From: an uncultured Alphaproteobacteria bacterium
GTDB taxonomy: Bacteria; Pseudomonadota; Alphaproteobacteria; Caulobacterales; Caulobacteraceae
DNA length: 64,000 nucleotides
NCBI GenBank assembly: GCA_903860975.1
Contig: CAIOSI010000001.1
Span: forward strand, 22,403-86,402
Reading direction: 5' to 3'
Part shown: positions 51,501 through 59,647 of the stretch, piece by piece
How the letters are laid out: the number at the start of each line of letters is the position of its first letter
How positions within the stretch are numbered: the stretch's first letter is position 1
Position numbers and translations under genes: made by a program
Notes under the pieces: model-generated
Told to the model about the DNA's origin: nothing
The model's database searches: none
What the model saw: the letters and a program-made list of their open reading frames with translations, nothing else

Positions 51501-51695
51501 CGCTTTATGCCGGCTGGGAAGTTTGTGGTTCGCGGGGATATCTTCAATCTCTTCAATTCCCAGGCCATCCTGCAGCGCTATGCCCAGGGCGACCTTGGTC
51601 CGAGCGTCTCTGACGGGGCTGATCCGAACTACAAGACGCCCACGGCCTACCAGCCGCCGCGTTATGTTCGGATCGGATTCGACTGGACCTACTAG
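48597..51695 (+). CDS. TonB-dependent receptor with N-terminal carboxypeptidase-regulatory-like domain (Oar type)
   Basis: ORF of over 1000 aa with a signal peptide, GTVSDDAGKPVTGASVKL (CarbopepD_reg), a plug region and a beta-barrel. Start taken at MSARNWKS (ORF-track M8). Confidence 0.88.
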   Translation: MSARNWKSARSGRVGLAALLMGSTAIAVPAAILSGLVLDGLMSTSAAAQDYTSGALSGTVSDDAGKPVTGASVKLTSQARGQTISLSTNGAGQVHLTGLTPGRYGVSINAPGFNVLTDTVTVTVSQEAVFRFSLQKAGAVQEVVVTGSRTRQDFSKTTTGVTVDLETLVAEEPIARSITAVTLLAPSVVKGVSGFGDTPSIGGGSVAENAYYINGLNITNPDTYIGGSKVPFDFYKTVDVKTGGYAAEFGRATGGVVNAVTKSGSNDLMVGIHGNFALKDLRNKPHDLSFSGGYVNPGSLSTIDSKQVTLEASGPIIKDHLFLYGLVQTNDNTSSAASGTAGSYDRYHTKDPFYGLKLDGYLTPTQHFELTYFDTTTTQTDSNSKYNNATQAIGSFVGNQLTKTGGTNWVSKYTGRVNDALTISAAYGENNDAGDVSPANASAYRVQAYTNGSYATISQGQPFSGASLDDTKRKFYRLDGDLNFDAYGRHHVRFGLDHEDLSETKITSLVGPLPIFYRFGTSGLRITYEKLGGNISAVDQAYYIQDSWDVTPNLNIQIGARNDGFQQSNLSGQKYLDLKDNWAPRIGFSWDPTGTSQFKIFGNYGRYYIPPAMNLGFRGRDLYFLEYFYAPDGTTGYANGAITSSWTLDPVTGLPTAIGKARTNLAGAGYGSTCPADFSTAPGHPVNGASACAIYGGGVQDPALAKLAVGTRATYEDEFILGGNYKINDLWSVGVTATYRNLGDVSEDTDFAPLLYNHFNCDNVSSAQCDFYGNNSAYYIWNPGSKTLTVNDWYAATLGKTQAVTLTGLTFPKPVREYKAVTVDFKRGFDGKWSAQGSVTFGRSYGNYEGTVKSDAGNGAQSDAGSTQDFDYLGLTDNSKGYLPNNHAVQAKLWGSYAILPDLIVGANASIISPMKGSCEGIHPTDPNASAYGASSFYCGGKPAPRGTGWQSDWQNNLDLSVRYTLPQRFMPAGKFVVRGDIFNLFNSQAILQRYAQGDLGPSVSDGADPNYKTPTAYQPPRYVRIGFDWTY

Positions 51696-51704
51696 GCGCT
51701 TCAA

Positions 51705-51739
51705 CCCGGGTGTCCGGCGAAAAACGTCGGACGCCCGGG
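51705..51739 (+). terminator. 12-bp stem hairpin after the TonB-dependent receptor gene
   Basis: CCCGGGTGTCCG-gcgaaaaacgt-CGGACGCCCGGG (one G.U pair), 10 nt after the stop. The downstream tail AUUGU is only weakly U-rich. Confidence 0.55.
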
Positions 51740-51758
51740 ATTGTCAGGTTAACTCCGC
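51738..51758 (+). repeat. solo IS6-type left terminal repeat
   Basis: GGATTGTCAGGTTAACTCCGC against the copy 2 left end GGTTCTGTCAGGTAAACTTCGC gives 18/22 with one gap. It partly overlaps the terminator stem. Confidence 0.4.
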
Positions 51759-51769
51759 CGAGCTTCAGC

Positions 51770-52363
51770 GTAAGCGAAGCGCAGCCACCCTTGTTATGGG
51801 TAGTTGACGGCTCTCAGGTCTGCCGGAACGCTTTCCAGCCCCAGGGGGTGAGCTCGCCGAGGCGGCTCTGCAGATGGCCGTTCACCAGCCGGGTCAGGAC
51901 GTCGGTCAGGTAGGCGGTCGGATTGACGTCGTGGAGTTTGCAGTTCTCCACGAGGGTGGCCAGAACCGCCCAGTGGTGAGCGCCTTCGTCGGAGCCAGCG
52001 AAGAGCACATTTTTCCGATTGAGCGCGATGGGGCGCATGGCGCGCTCGACGGGGTTGGTGTCCAGCTCGACGCGACCGTCGGTGAGGAAGACGGTGAGGC
52101 CCTCCCAGTGGGTCAGCGCATAGCGGATGACGCCGGCCGTGGGCGAGCGGCCTGAGACCTTGTTGAGCTGGGTTTCCAGCCAGGACTTCAGAGCTTCGGT
52201 CAGGGGACCACTTCGCGCTTGGCGCGCGGCGGCGCGCAGCGGCGCGCAGCGCAGCGCCCTGGCCGCGGATATCGGCTTCGACAGCGTAGAGCTCGCCGAT
52301 CCGCCGCAGGGCTTCGGTGGCGATCGGCGCTGATCCGCCCTTGGCCAGGTAGATAAACTTGCG
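51770..52363 (-). pseudogene. IS66 family transposase C-terminal fragment with frameshifts, including the element end
   Basis: MRPIALNRKNVLFAGSDEGAHHWAVLATLVENCKLHDVNPTAYLTDVLTRLV (51814..52038) and ATEALRRIGELYAVEADIRG lie in different frames. GTAAGCG at 51770-51776 is the usual IS66 terminal sequence (from memory). Confidence 0.7.
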
Positions 52364-52445
52364 CGGACCGGGATTGCGCCCTCGACGCTGCGCGAGATGC
52401 TGCGTCGGTTCGCACGTTTGGGGCCTGGGCCGGCCGTTGCAGCTG

Positions 52446-52730
52446 GATCTGCCCGACGCCGATCTGGAAGCGCGGCTCGATGGTGAGGCAGGGAGCAAGC
52501 AGGGTCATCGCCGGCGGACGGAACCCGACTGGGCAGCGCGAAACCGCGAGTTCATGCGCAAGCACGTGACCGTGCAGATTCGGTGGAACGAATACATCGA
52601 GGCTCATCCCGACGGCTATCGCTACAGCCGCTTCTGCGAGCTCTACCGGCCTGGGATGCCCGCTTGCCGGTGATCATGCGCCAGACACATCTGGGCGGCG
52701 ACAAGCTCTTCGTCGGCTATGCGGCGATTA
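52446..52730 (+). pseudogene. IS21 family IstA transposase internal fragment (frameshifted)
   Basis: LPDADLEARL..TEPDWAARNREFMRKHVTVQIRWNEYIEAHPDGYRYSRFCELYR, then in another frame W..LPVIMRQTHLGGDKLFVGYA. Confidence 0.65.
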
Positions 52731-52751
52731 AGGCCCGTGCAACGGAGCTAG

Positions 52752-52782
52752 CAAGTTAACTCATCCAAACCGGCAAAGCCCC
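52752..52782 (+). repeat. solo IS6-type right terminal repeat (copy D, with small insertion)
   Basis: CAAGTTAACTCATCCAAACCGGCAAAGCCCC, compared with copy C CAAGTTGAGTTTGAACGGCAAGCACC. Same orientation. Confidence 0.4.
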
Positions 52783-52920
52783 TCCCCCTCCAATTCAGGC
52801 TGCCTGGGTCATCACGACTGACCTGCTAGCACCACTGGCGTTACGCAAACCCTGATCGCGGTGCCTGGTCACACGTTGTTACAAGCTCAGTCGGAAGCCG
52901 AATTCGGCTCTAAGGTCAGC

Positions 52921-53274
52921 TTAGCGTGGGGCGATTAGCCGGTTCTTTTCCAGGTAGGCCTGGATCTGCGCCACCTCAGACTCATTGGCTTCAGCTCCCC
53001 GGCCGATCATCTGAAGTATGGTATCGTGCCAGTCGGTCGCGGTGCGGCGGCTACCCAGGACATAGTCGGCGCTATGACAAGCGCTGCAGCGATCCTTGAT
53101 CAGTAAAAATCCGGGATCGACGGCGGTCGGTTCGCTTTGTGTCTCTTGCTTTTCAATCGGCTGAGCCGCGGCGTTTGACGACGACGGCAATGCCGGCTGG
53201 CATGACGCAGCGCCCGGGAGACCAAGACCGATCGCAGCGGCTGTAATGGCAATCAAGAGCAATAGGCGCCTCAT
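52921..53274 (-). CDS. small exported monohaem c-type cytochrome
   Basis: Start at MRRLLLLIAITAAAIGLGLPGAAS (signal peptide). One CSACH haem-binding motif. 117 aa. Confidence 0.7.
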   Translation of the reverse strand: MRRLLLLIAITAAAIGLGLPGAASCQPALPSSSNAAAQPIEKQETQSEPTAVDPGFLLIKDRCSACHSADYVLGSRRTATDWHDTILQMIGRGAEANESEVAQIQAYLEKNRLIAPR

Positions 53275-53720
53275 TTGTGTCTCCCCTCGGCTCCAAGCCG
53301 CCACTTCACCAATCTGGGCCTCCTAACATCTGTTCGGGTTTTGACAACCAGGCGAAGCGTCGCCGGAGAGAAGCCCTGGAGGCTGCGCCATGGCGTTTCA
53401 ACTTCGGCGGCCTTCGCGCCCAGCGCCGGGTGGCCTGGTGAGCGTTTTCAGGGCGGTTGTTTTCCTGCATATCTTCAGGGTCGGTGGCGACTTGATAGCG
53501 CGAGCGCGCAAGTCGCCGGGATACTTCATGCCCGCGTGTCAGCCGGGAGGGATGCCTTGGGTCTTTAGCCGACGCCTTGGCAGCGTCAGCACCGCGTGCG
53601 GGTTGCATACTAGGCGCGCAGGTCGAGGACATCGCCTTCGTCGTCAACCGCCTGGCAAAGGTCGTCGGCGGCCCACCGATCTGGACAGCCCTCTGATCGA
53701 GGCGCCGTCGCTCCCTTGAG
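53275..53720 (-). pseudogene. IS6 family transposase remnant (multiple frameshifts and stops)
   Basis: Fragments lie in three frames: ..LDQRAVQIGG.., ..QAVDDEGDVLDLRA.., ..MQENNRPENAHQATRR..KLKRHGAASRAS.., and ..RRPRLVKWRLGAEG. Each aligns to successive parts of 32129..32842. Confidence 0.55.
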
Positions 53721-53764
53721 ATGCAACGCCGAGCGGACGGATTTGAGGGGCCACGGCCGCCCCC

Positions 53765-55387
53765 TTATGGGTGCAGCCCTGGCGCTTCCTGTCCCGTGCG
53801 GGCGACATATTCCGAATAGCCGCCGTCATACTGATGGATTCCTTCGGGCGTCAATTCCAGCACACGGTTCGACAGGGCTGCCAGGAAATAGCGGTCGTGC
53901 GAAACGAAGAGCATCGTGCCTTCAAAATCCGCGAGTGCGGCCACCAGCATCTCCTTTGTCATCATGTCGAGATGGTTGGTCGGCTCGTCGAGCACCAGCA
54001 AGTTAGGCGGATCGAACAGCATCTTGGCCATCACCAGGCGTGCCTTTTCCCCACCAGACAGGACGCGGCAAGGCTTTTCGACATCGTCGCCGGAGAAGCC
54101 GAAGCACCCCGCCAGGGTGCGCAGCGCGCCCTGACCTGCTTGCGGAAAAGCGCTATCCAGGGACTCGAAGATCGTCTCTTCGCCGTCCAGCAAGTCCATG
54201 GAGTGCTGGGCGAAGTATCCCATCTTGACGCTGGCACCGATACCGACGGTGCCGTGATCAGGTGCGGTGGCGCCGGCCACAAGCTTCAACAGCGTAGATT
54301 TTCCCGCGCCGTTGGCTCCAAGGACGCACCAGCGCTCCCTGCGACGCACCAGAAAATCGAAGCCTTCATAGATCGGCTGGGTGCCATAGCCCTTATGGAT
54401 GTTGCGCAAGCTGATCACATCGTCACCCGACCGCATCGGGCTCTTAAACTCGAACTGAACCGACTGGCGCCGGCGCGGAGCTTCTACGCGTTCGATCTTG
54501 TCGAGTTTCTTGACCCGGCTCTGGACCTGGGCGGCGTGTGAGGCGCGCGCCTTAAACCGCTCGATGAACTTGATTTCTTTGGCCAGCATGGCCTGCTGAC
54601 GCTCGTATTGCGCTTGGCGTTGCTGTTCGCCAAGCGTGCGCTGCTGCTCGTAGAAGTCGAGGTCACCCGAATAGGTGATGAGCGAGCCAGCGTCGATCTC
54701 CACCACCTTTCCGATGATGCGGTTCATGAAGGCGCGATCGTGCGAGGTCATCAACAGAGCGCCGTCATAGGACTTAAGGAAGGCCTCAAGCCAGATCAGG
54801 CTTTCCAGGTCTAGGTGGTTGCTTGGTTCGTCCAGCAGCATCCCATCGGGCCTCATCAATAGGATGCGGGCCAGCGCCACGCGCATTTTCCAGCCCCCCG
54901 ACAGCAAACCGACATCACCATCCATGCGTTCCTGGCTGAAGCTCAGGCCGGCCAGCACCTCGCGCGCGCGCGCTTCCAGCGCATAACCGTCCAGTTCCTC
55001 AAAGCGCTCCTGAACCTCGCCGTAGCGTTCGATAATGGCGTCTATTTCGTCAGCTTTGTCCGGATCGACCATGGCCGCCTCGAGCGTGGCCATTTCAATC
55101 GCCAGCGCGCTGACGGGCCCGACGCCATCCATCACCGCAGCGACCGCGCTTTGACCGGACATTTCGCCGACATCCTGGCTGAAATAGCCGACCGTCATTC
55201 CGGGATCGATCATGACCAGTCCGTCGTCGGGTTGCTCCTGGTCGGTGATCATGCGGAACAGCGTCGTCTTGCCAGCACCGTTCGGACCAACAAGCCCGAC
55301 CTTTTCGCCCTTCTGGATACCCATCGAAGCTTCGATGAACAGAATCTGGTGGCCGTTCTGTTTGAAGATATTATCGAGACGGATCAT
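53765..55387 (-). CDS. ABC-F family ATPase (two ABC domains, no TMD)
   Basis: 540-aa ORF with two Walker A motifs (GPNGAGKTT, GANGAGKST), two LSGG signatures and an inter-domain linker. Confidence 0.9.
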   Translation of the reverse strand: MIRLDNIFKQNGHQILFIEASMGIQKGEKVGLVGPNGAGKTTLFRMITDQEQPDDGLVMIDPGMTVGYFSQDVGEMSGQSAVAAVMDGVGPVSALAIEMATLEAAMVDPDKADEIDAIIERYGEVQERFEELDGYALEARAREVLAGLSFSQERMDGDVGLLSGGWKMRVALARILLMRPDGMLLDEPSNHLDLESLIWLEAFLKSYDGALLMTSHDRAFMNRIIGKVVEIDAGSLITYSGDLDFYEQQRTLGEQQRQAQYERQQAMLAKEIKFIERFKARASHAAQVQSRVKKLDKIERVEAPRRRQSVQFEFKSPMRSGDDVISLRNIHKGYGTQPIYEGFDFLVRRRERWCVLGANGAGKSTLLKLVAGATAPDHGTVGIGASVKMGYFAQHSMDLLDGEETIFESLDSAFPQAGQGALRTLAGCFGFSGDDVEKPCRVLSGGEKARLVMAKMLFDPPNLLVLDEPTNHLDMMTKEMLVAALADFEGTMLFVSHDRYFLAALSNRVLELTPEGIHQYDGGYSEYVARTGQEAPGLHP

Positions 55388-55399
55388 GGGGCGGTCAGC

Positions 55400-55696
55400 T
55401 AGCGCGTGAGCAGGCAGAACACCAGCCTCAGCCTATGTGCCGCCCCTCCTGGGTCGACCATCCTCGCAGTCCGGCGATAGCCGCTCAGCAATGCTGTCCT
55501 CCCCGCGCAGCCCGTCCAGCACGATCCTGATCTTGTCTTCCGCCGAGAAATGCCGCCGCGTCGCGCGCCGGATTTCCTTCGCAACCCGCTCACCGGGCGT
55601 CGCCTTCAAGGGCGAGGATTTTGGTCTCATCTTCGTTCCTTCGTCACTACGACGAGATCAAAACCCTCCTCTAAACGGAACCCTCAATCTGTCTCA
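55400..55696 (-). pseudogene. IS3-family OrfA N-terminal remnant with probable element end
   Basis: RRHFSAEDKIRIVLDGLRGEDSIAE matches IS3-family OrfA. The frame is lost afterwards. On the minus strand the upstream sequence begins TGAGACAGATTGAGGG at 55696, a TG-type terminus. Confidence 0.55.
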
Positions 55697-55911
55697 AAGG
55701 CGCTGACGGCGGACACCCGAACGGTCGACGAGGTGCAGCGCGCTGAGCCACAAAGACGGCGTTAATCGCAGATTAGTAGACCGGCGTTATCCAGTGACGT
55801 AGAAAGCTGCACTCTAAATTGAGATTCCATATTCCTCTGCGGTTAGGCCAATCAGCTGGGCCACGAAGCTGCAATTTCCATTGCTTCCGTCGCAGGCAAG
55901 TCGCGTGATCG

Positions 55912-58542
55912 ATGGCAAAGACTGAGGTTCAGGCGACGGTGGGGCGGCGCAAGCGTTTCTACTGGACGCCCGCACGCAGCAGCCAGACCAATCGCGGCGC
56001 GGCCTTGGCCGCGGGCTTCGGGATCGTCTACGTGCTTGCCGCCGTGACGTGCTGGAACTTTGCCGCTTCGCAAAACGGTATAGCGCTGCTTTGGCTCAAC
56101 AACGGTTGGCTGGCTGCGGGCCTGTTGCTGCTGCGAGCCCGACTGGCTACCTTGCTCGCCGCACTAAGCCTCGCCACGGATTTTTGCTGCGCCGTTTTTT
56201 TAGGCCACTCCGGGCTTGCGCAAGCGGGTTTGATCGCCAGTTTCGACCTCGTCGAAACCTATTTTGCGGCCGTTTTGATCCGGAATTTCTGCGGCGCTGG
56301 CCTCGATACAACCCGCATACGCCGCTACGCCATGCTGATCACGGTGTGCGCGGTTCCGCCAACGATCGCCTACGGCACCCTAAGTGCAGGGATCGGCCAT
56401 TGGCTGTTCGGCGAAAGCTTCATGCGCCTTTCGGCGAACTGGGCAGTGGGCGATTACTTGGGCATGGTCGTCGGCGTCCCGGCCGGCCTAATCTTGAGCC
56501 GTCCCAAGCGCTTGCAACGGGCCGGGACCGCTTCGACAGCGGAAAGCCTCTTTATGGCCTTCGGCATCACGATGGTCGCCGTGGCCGCATTTTTCTTGAA
56601 CCACCGCATGCCAATTTTCTTGGTCATGCCGCTGATGATACTGGCGGGCCATCGCCTCAGCCCGCCGTTAGTCTCATTAACTCTGATTTCGGTCACGGCC
56701 GCGTCAGCTTTTTTAACCTTCTCGGGCATCGGACCTTTTGTCGAGGCCGGCCATGTTGGGAGCGGCGAAAATCTCGGTCTTCAGGCCTTCCTGGCGGCCA
56801 TGGATATCTCGACCATGATTGCCCTTTGCACGGTTGTGCAGAGTGCGCGCACACTGAACTCAGCCAAGCTGGCGCTGGCTCGTCTGACCTTGGCTAAGGA
56901 TTATCTGAGCCGCCGAGGCCTCGAGTTGGAGGACGCGTTGGCCTCCAACGCCGCAAGCGAGGCGAAGTACCGCCTGCTGGCGGAGAACGCGACCGACATT
57001 ATCCTCCAATACGATCTGAACGGAAAGATCGTGTTCGCGTCGCCCTCGGTGCGACAACTTGGCTATGAGCCGAAAGATGTCATCGGGTTCCAGATGGGGG
57101 ACTTTGCCCACCCCGACGAAAAGCAAAGAATCGGTGATGCCCGAACTAGAATCCTTGCTGGCGAAAGCGGGGAAAAGCGAGCCGAGCTCCGAGCGCAGCG
57201 CGCGGACGGCAAATGGTTATGGTTTGAAACGAACCCCGCAATCATCCATGACGAGACCGGAAGAATTATCGGGGCCGTCACCGCCCTGCGCGACGTGACG
57301 GCGCAAAGGTCTTTAAAAGAGCAGTTGCACCAAAAGCGGGCCGAAGCCGAGACGTCTGCGATAGCCAAAAGCGATTTCTTGGCGAACATGAGCCACGAGA
57401 TCCGTACGGCACTGACGGGGATGCTGGGGTTTGCTGGGCTCTTAGAAGGCCTGCAGGACCTGTCTCCAACCGCCCGGAAGTACGCAGATCGGATCGTGAC
57501 CAGCGGCGAGTCGCTACTGGCTGTGGTCAACGACATTCTGGACTTCTCCAAGCTCGACGCTGACCGGGTCGAATTGGACCCACACCCCTTTGATCCCCAG
57601 GCGCTCCTCGCTGAAACCCTCGAGCTGTTCAGCGTCGAGGCGGTCCGTAAAGGCCTAGAGCTCAAAACGGAGATCGAAGGACGCCTACCGTCGGCTGTCT
57701 ATGCAGATGGCACCCGGGTGCGACAGGTGCTGTCGAACCTGCTGTCTAACGCCATCAAATTCACAGAGACAGGAGGCTTAACTGTCACTGCGCACTATGA
57801 GGCCAAGGGCGGTGGCCAATTGCGCCTGGCGGTCCACGACACTGGCTCAGGTATCCCCGCCGACAGCCTCCAGCGATTATTCCTGAGATTTTCCCAATTC
57901 GACGGCTCGACGACGCGCCATCACGGCGGCACAGGTCTTGGCTTGGCAATCTCCAAGCGGCTGACGGAGATGATGGGCGGCGAAATCGGCGTCGAGAGTA
58001 CCGAAGGTAAAGGCTCAACCTTCTGGTTCACGATCGAGGCCGCGCCTGCTGAGCTGCCGTCTCGCGCCGACGCAGCTGAAATCCAGGGCTTGAGCGGCAC
58101 CTCAGCGCGAATCCTGGTCGTGGACGATGTGGCGATAAACCGGGAGCTGATCAGAAGTCTGTTGTCTCCATTTGGATATGATCTGAAGGAGGCGCAGAAC
58201 GGCGCTGAAGCTGTGGCTGCAGCCATGGCTGAGCCCTTCGACTTGATCTTGATGGATATGCAGATGCCGGGCATGGACGGCCTCGCAGCCACCCGGTTAA
58301 TACGCCAGACTTGTAATTCAAACCACGCCACGCCGATCCTCGGTCTGAGCGGGAATGTCTTGCCTAAGCATCTCGCTGAATGCGCCGAAGCTGGCATGAA
58401 TCTCCACATCGCCAAGCCGATCAATACGACAGAACTCCTGACCAGGATCGTGCAGTGGACCCAGGCAAACGAAGCCGGAGACAGGGTGAAACCGGTGTCA
58501 TCCTTACCCTCACCGACTTCGCCGTGCGCAGCGCCCGCTTGA
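55912..58542 (+). CDS. hybrid sensor histidine kinase/response regulator (MASE1-PAS-HisKA-HATPase-REC)
   Basis: 876-aa ORF with an N-terminal polytopic MASE1-like region and a PAS domain. It also has the H-box FLANMSHEIRTAL, G-boxes DTGSGI and GGTGLGLAI, and a receiver ILVVDD..LMDMQMPGMDG..KP. Confidence 0.88.
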   Translation: MAKTEVQATVGRRKRFYWTPARSSQTNRGAALAAGFGIVYVLAAVTCWNFAASQNGIALLWLNNGWLAAGLLLLRARLATLLAALSLATDFCCAVFLGHSGLAQAGLIASFDLVETYFAAVLIRNFCGAGLDTTRIRRYAMLITVCAVPPTIAYGTLSAGIGHWLFGESFMRLSANWAVGDYLGMVVGVPAGLILSRPKRLQRAGTASTAESLFMAFGITMVAVAAFFLNHRMPIFLVMPLMILAGHRLSPPLVSLTLISVTAASAFLTFSGIGPFVEAGHVGSGENLGLQAFLAAMDISTMIALCTVVQSARTLNSAKLALARLTLAKDYLSRRGLELEDALASNAASEAKYRLLAENATDIILQYDLNGKIVFASPSVRQLGYEPKDVIGFQMGDFAHPDEKQRIGDARTRILAGESGEKRAELRAQRADGKWLWFETNPAIIHDETGRIIGAVTALRDVTAQRSLKEQLHQKRAEAETSAIAKSDFLANMSHEIRTALTGMLGFAGLLEGLQDLSPTARKYADRIVTSGESLLAVVNDILDFSKLDADRVELDPHPFDPQALLAETLELFSVEAVRKGLELKTEIEGRLPSAVYADGTRVRQVLSNLLSNAIKFTETGGLTVTAHYEAKGGGQLRLAVHDTGSGIPADSLQRLFLRFSQFDGSTTRHHGGTGLGLAISKRLTEMMGGEIGVESTEGKGSTFWFTIEAAPAELPSRADAAEIQGLSGTSARILVVDDVAINRELIRSLLSPFGYDLKEAQNGAEAVAAAMAEPFDLILMDMQMPGMDGLAATRLIRQTCNSNHATPILGLSGNVLPKHLAECAEAGMNLHIAKPINTTELLTRIVQWTQANEAGDRVKPVSSLPSPTSPCAAPA

Positions 58543-59647
58543 GGCCGACCCGACGCACACGTCGCAAGGACCGCTTCAGAGGATTACAGACGCGCTTGCG
58601 GCGGCCCTCGCCTTGGCCCGTCTGATCACGACACCGAGCGTTGGTCTCAATCCGTTGTCACCGCCCAAGTCATGCGGCAAGACGGGACAACGTCTGTTTT
58701 TATCGAGCACCAAATGCGCAAGGCCCTGCCTTTCCTGACGGCAGTCTTCGTTGCGCTTTCCACCACGGCCCTTTCTGCGCCACCGACACCGCAAACCGTG
58801 GCGGTGCTGACGAAGGCAGCACAACCCAGCTGCCGGTGTCGTAGAAGTCGTGGGCGTGTTGATAAACCGCTTGAGCCATCCCCATGCTGACCAACTTTCG
58901 TCTCCCTCTTGCGCTGCCGGATCTGCGGGGTCGTTCCCGCGATCTCGCGACCGCCCAGGGCGGGTGAAAGGGAGAGGCCAAAGGACGAATCCCCGTGGAA
59001 ACCGGCCTGCATCGCAGCGAAGTTCGGAGGATCCGCAGGGGTTCGCCTCGCTCTGGCGAGGTTGCCTTTGACCCTGACCGTCCCGTCCTAGGTTCGTGAG
59101 ATTGATCGCGGACGAGCTCGCCCCGCAGCGCCCAACCCGGGAGACGACTGACGGCTTGGTGCTGGCGCCGAAATGCGGATCACCACAGCCCCTGACGCTC
59201 TCAGCGCCTTGGGTCCCCCCTCGCGGAACCCTCACCGGCGCTGGCGATGGCGACATCCTCAAGGTGATCGGCGCGCCGCCGGGTCCGCCCCCTAACCCAT
59301 CGGTTCTCACCGCCGTCAACACAGACAACCACGCGCTCGCCAAAATGGGCGATTGGTGGCGTCGCGACCCATCACCTGGCGACCTGTGCGACAGCTACCC
59401 GCGGCGCGGCCGGAGGCGAGACCCCGCAAAGGGGCGTATTCCCGATAGAAAGCTAGTGGATCGAATCTGACGCTTGGAACCGCCGCTGGCGCGCCTAAGG
59501 CGGACTAAGCGGGGCCGCGCTTCCGCCCGGAAGCGGACCTCGCCAGAGTCGCGGAAGGGTGGCTAGCGGACTGAGCCAGCTTGCTCGTCGGCCTTCAGCG
59601 GCATACGTTCGGCCAACATCGCCGGCGGGCGTCTGGAGACACCGCGC

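Noticed and set aside
52200-52262. GC-rich imperfect repeats (GGCGCGCAGCGGCGCGCAGCGCAGCGCC).
   Set aside because: Low-complexity slippage inside the frameshifted IS66 fragment. Not a structured repeat array.
58958-58977. GGGCGGGTGAAAGGGAGAGG resembles the GGGUGAAAGGGUGCGG stretch of RNase P RNA.
   Set aside because: The flanking sequence lacks the other universally conserved RNase P blocks (GGAAAGUCCGG, ACAGAA..GGCUUA). An isolated chance match.
58576-59343. 255-aa minus-strand ORF in the 1.1-kb gap.
   Set aside because: R/G/P-rich low-complexity translation with no motif and poor third-position bias. Treated as non-coding.
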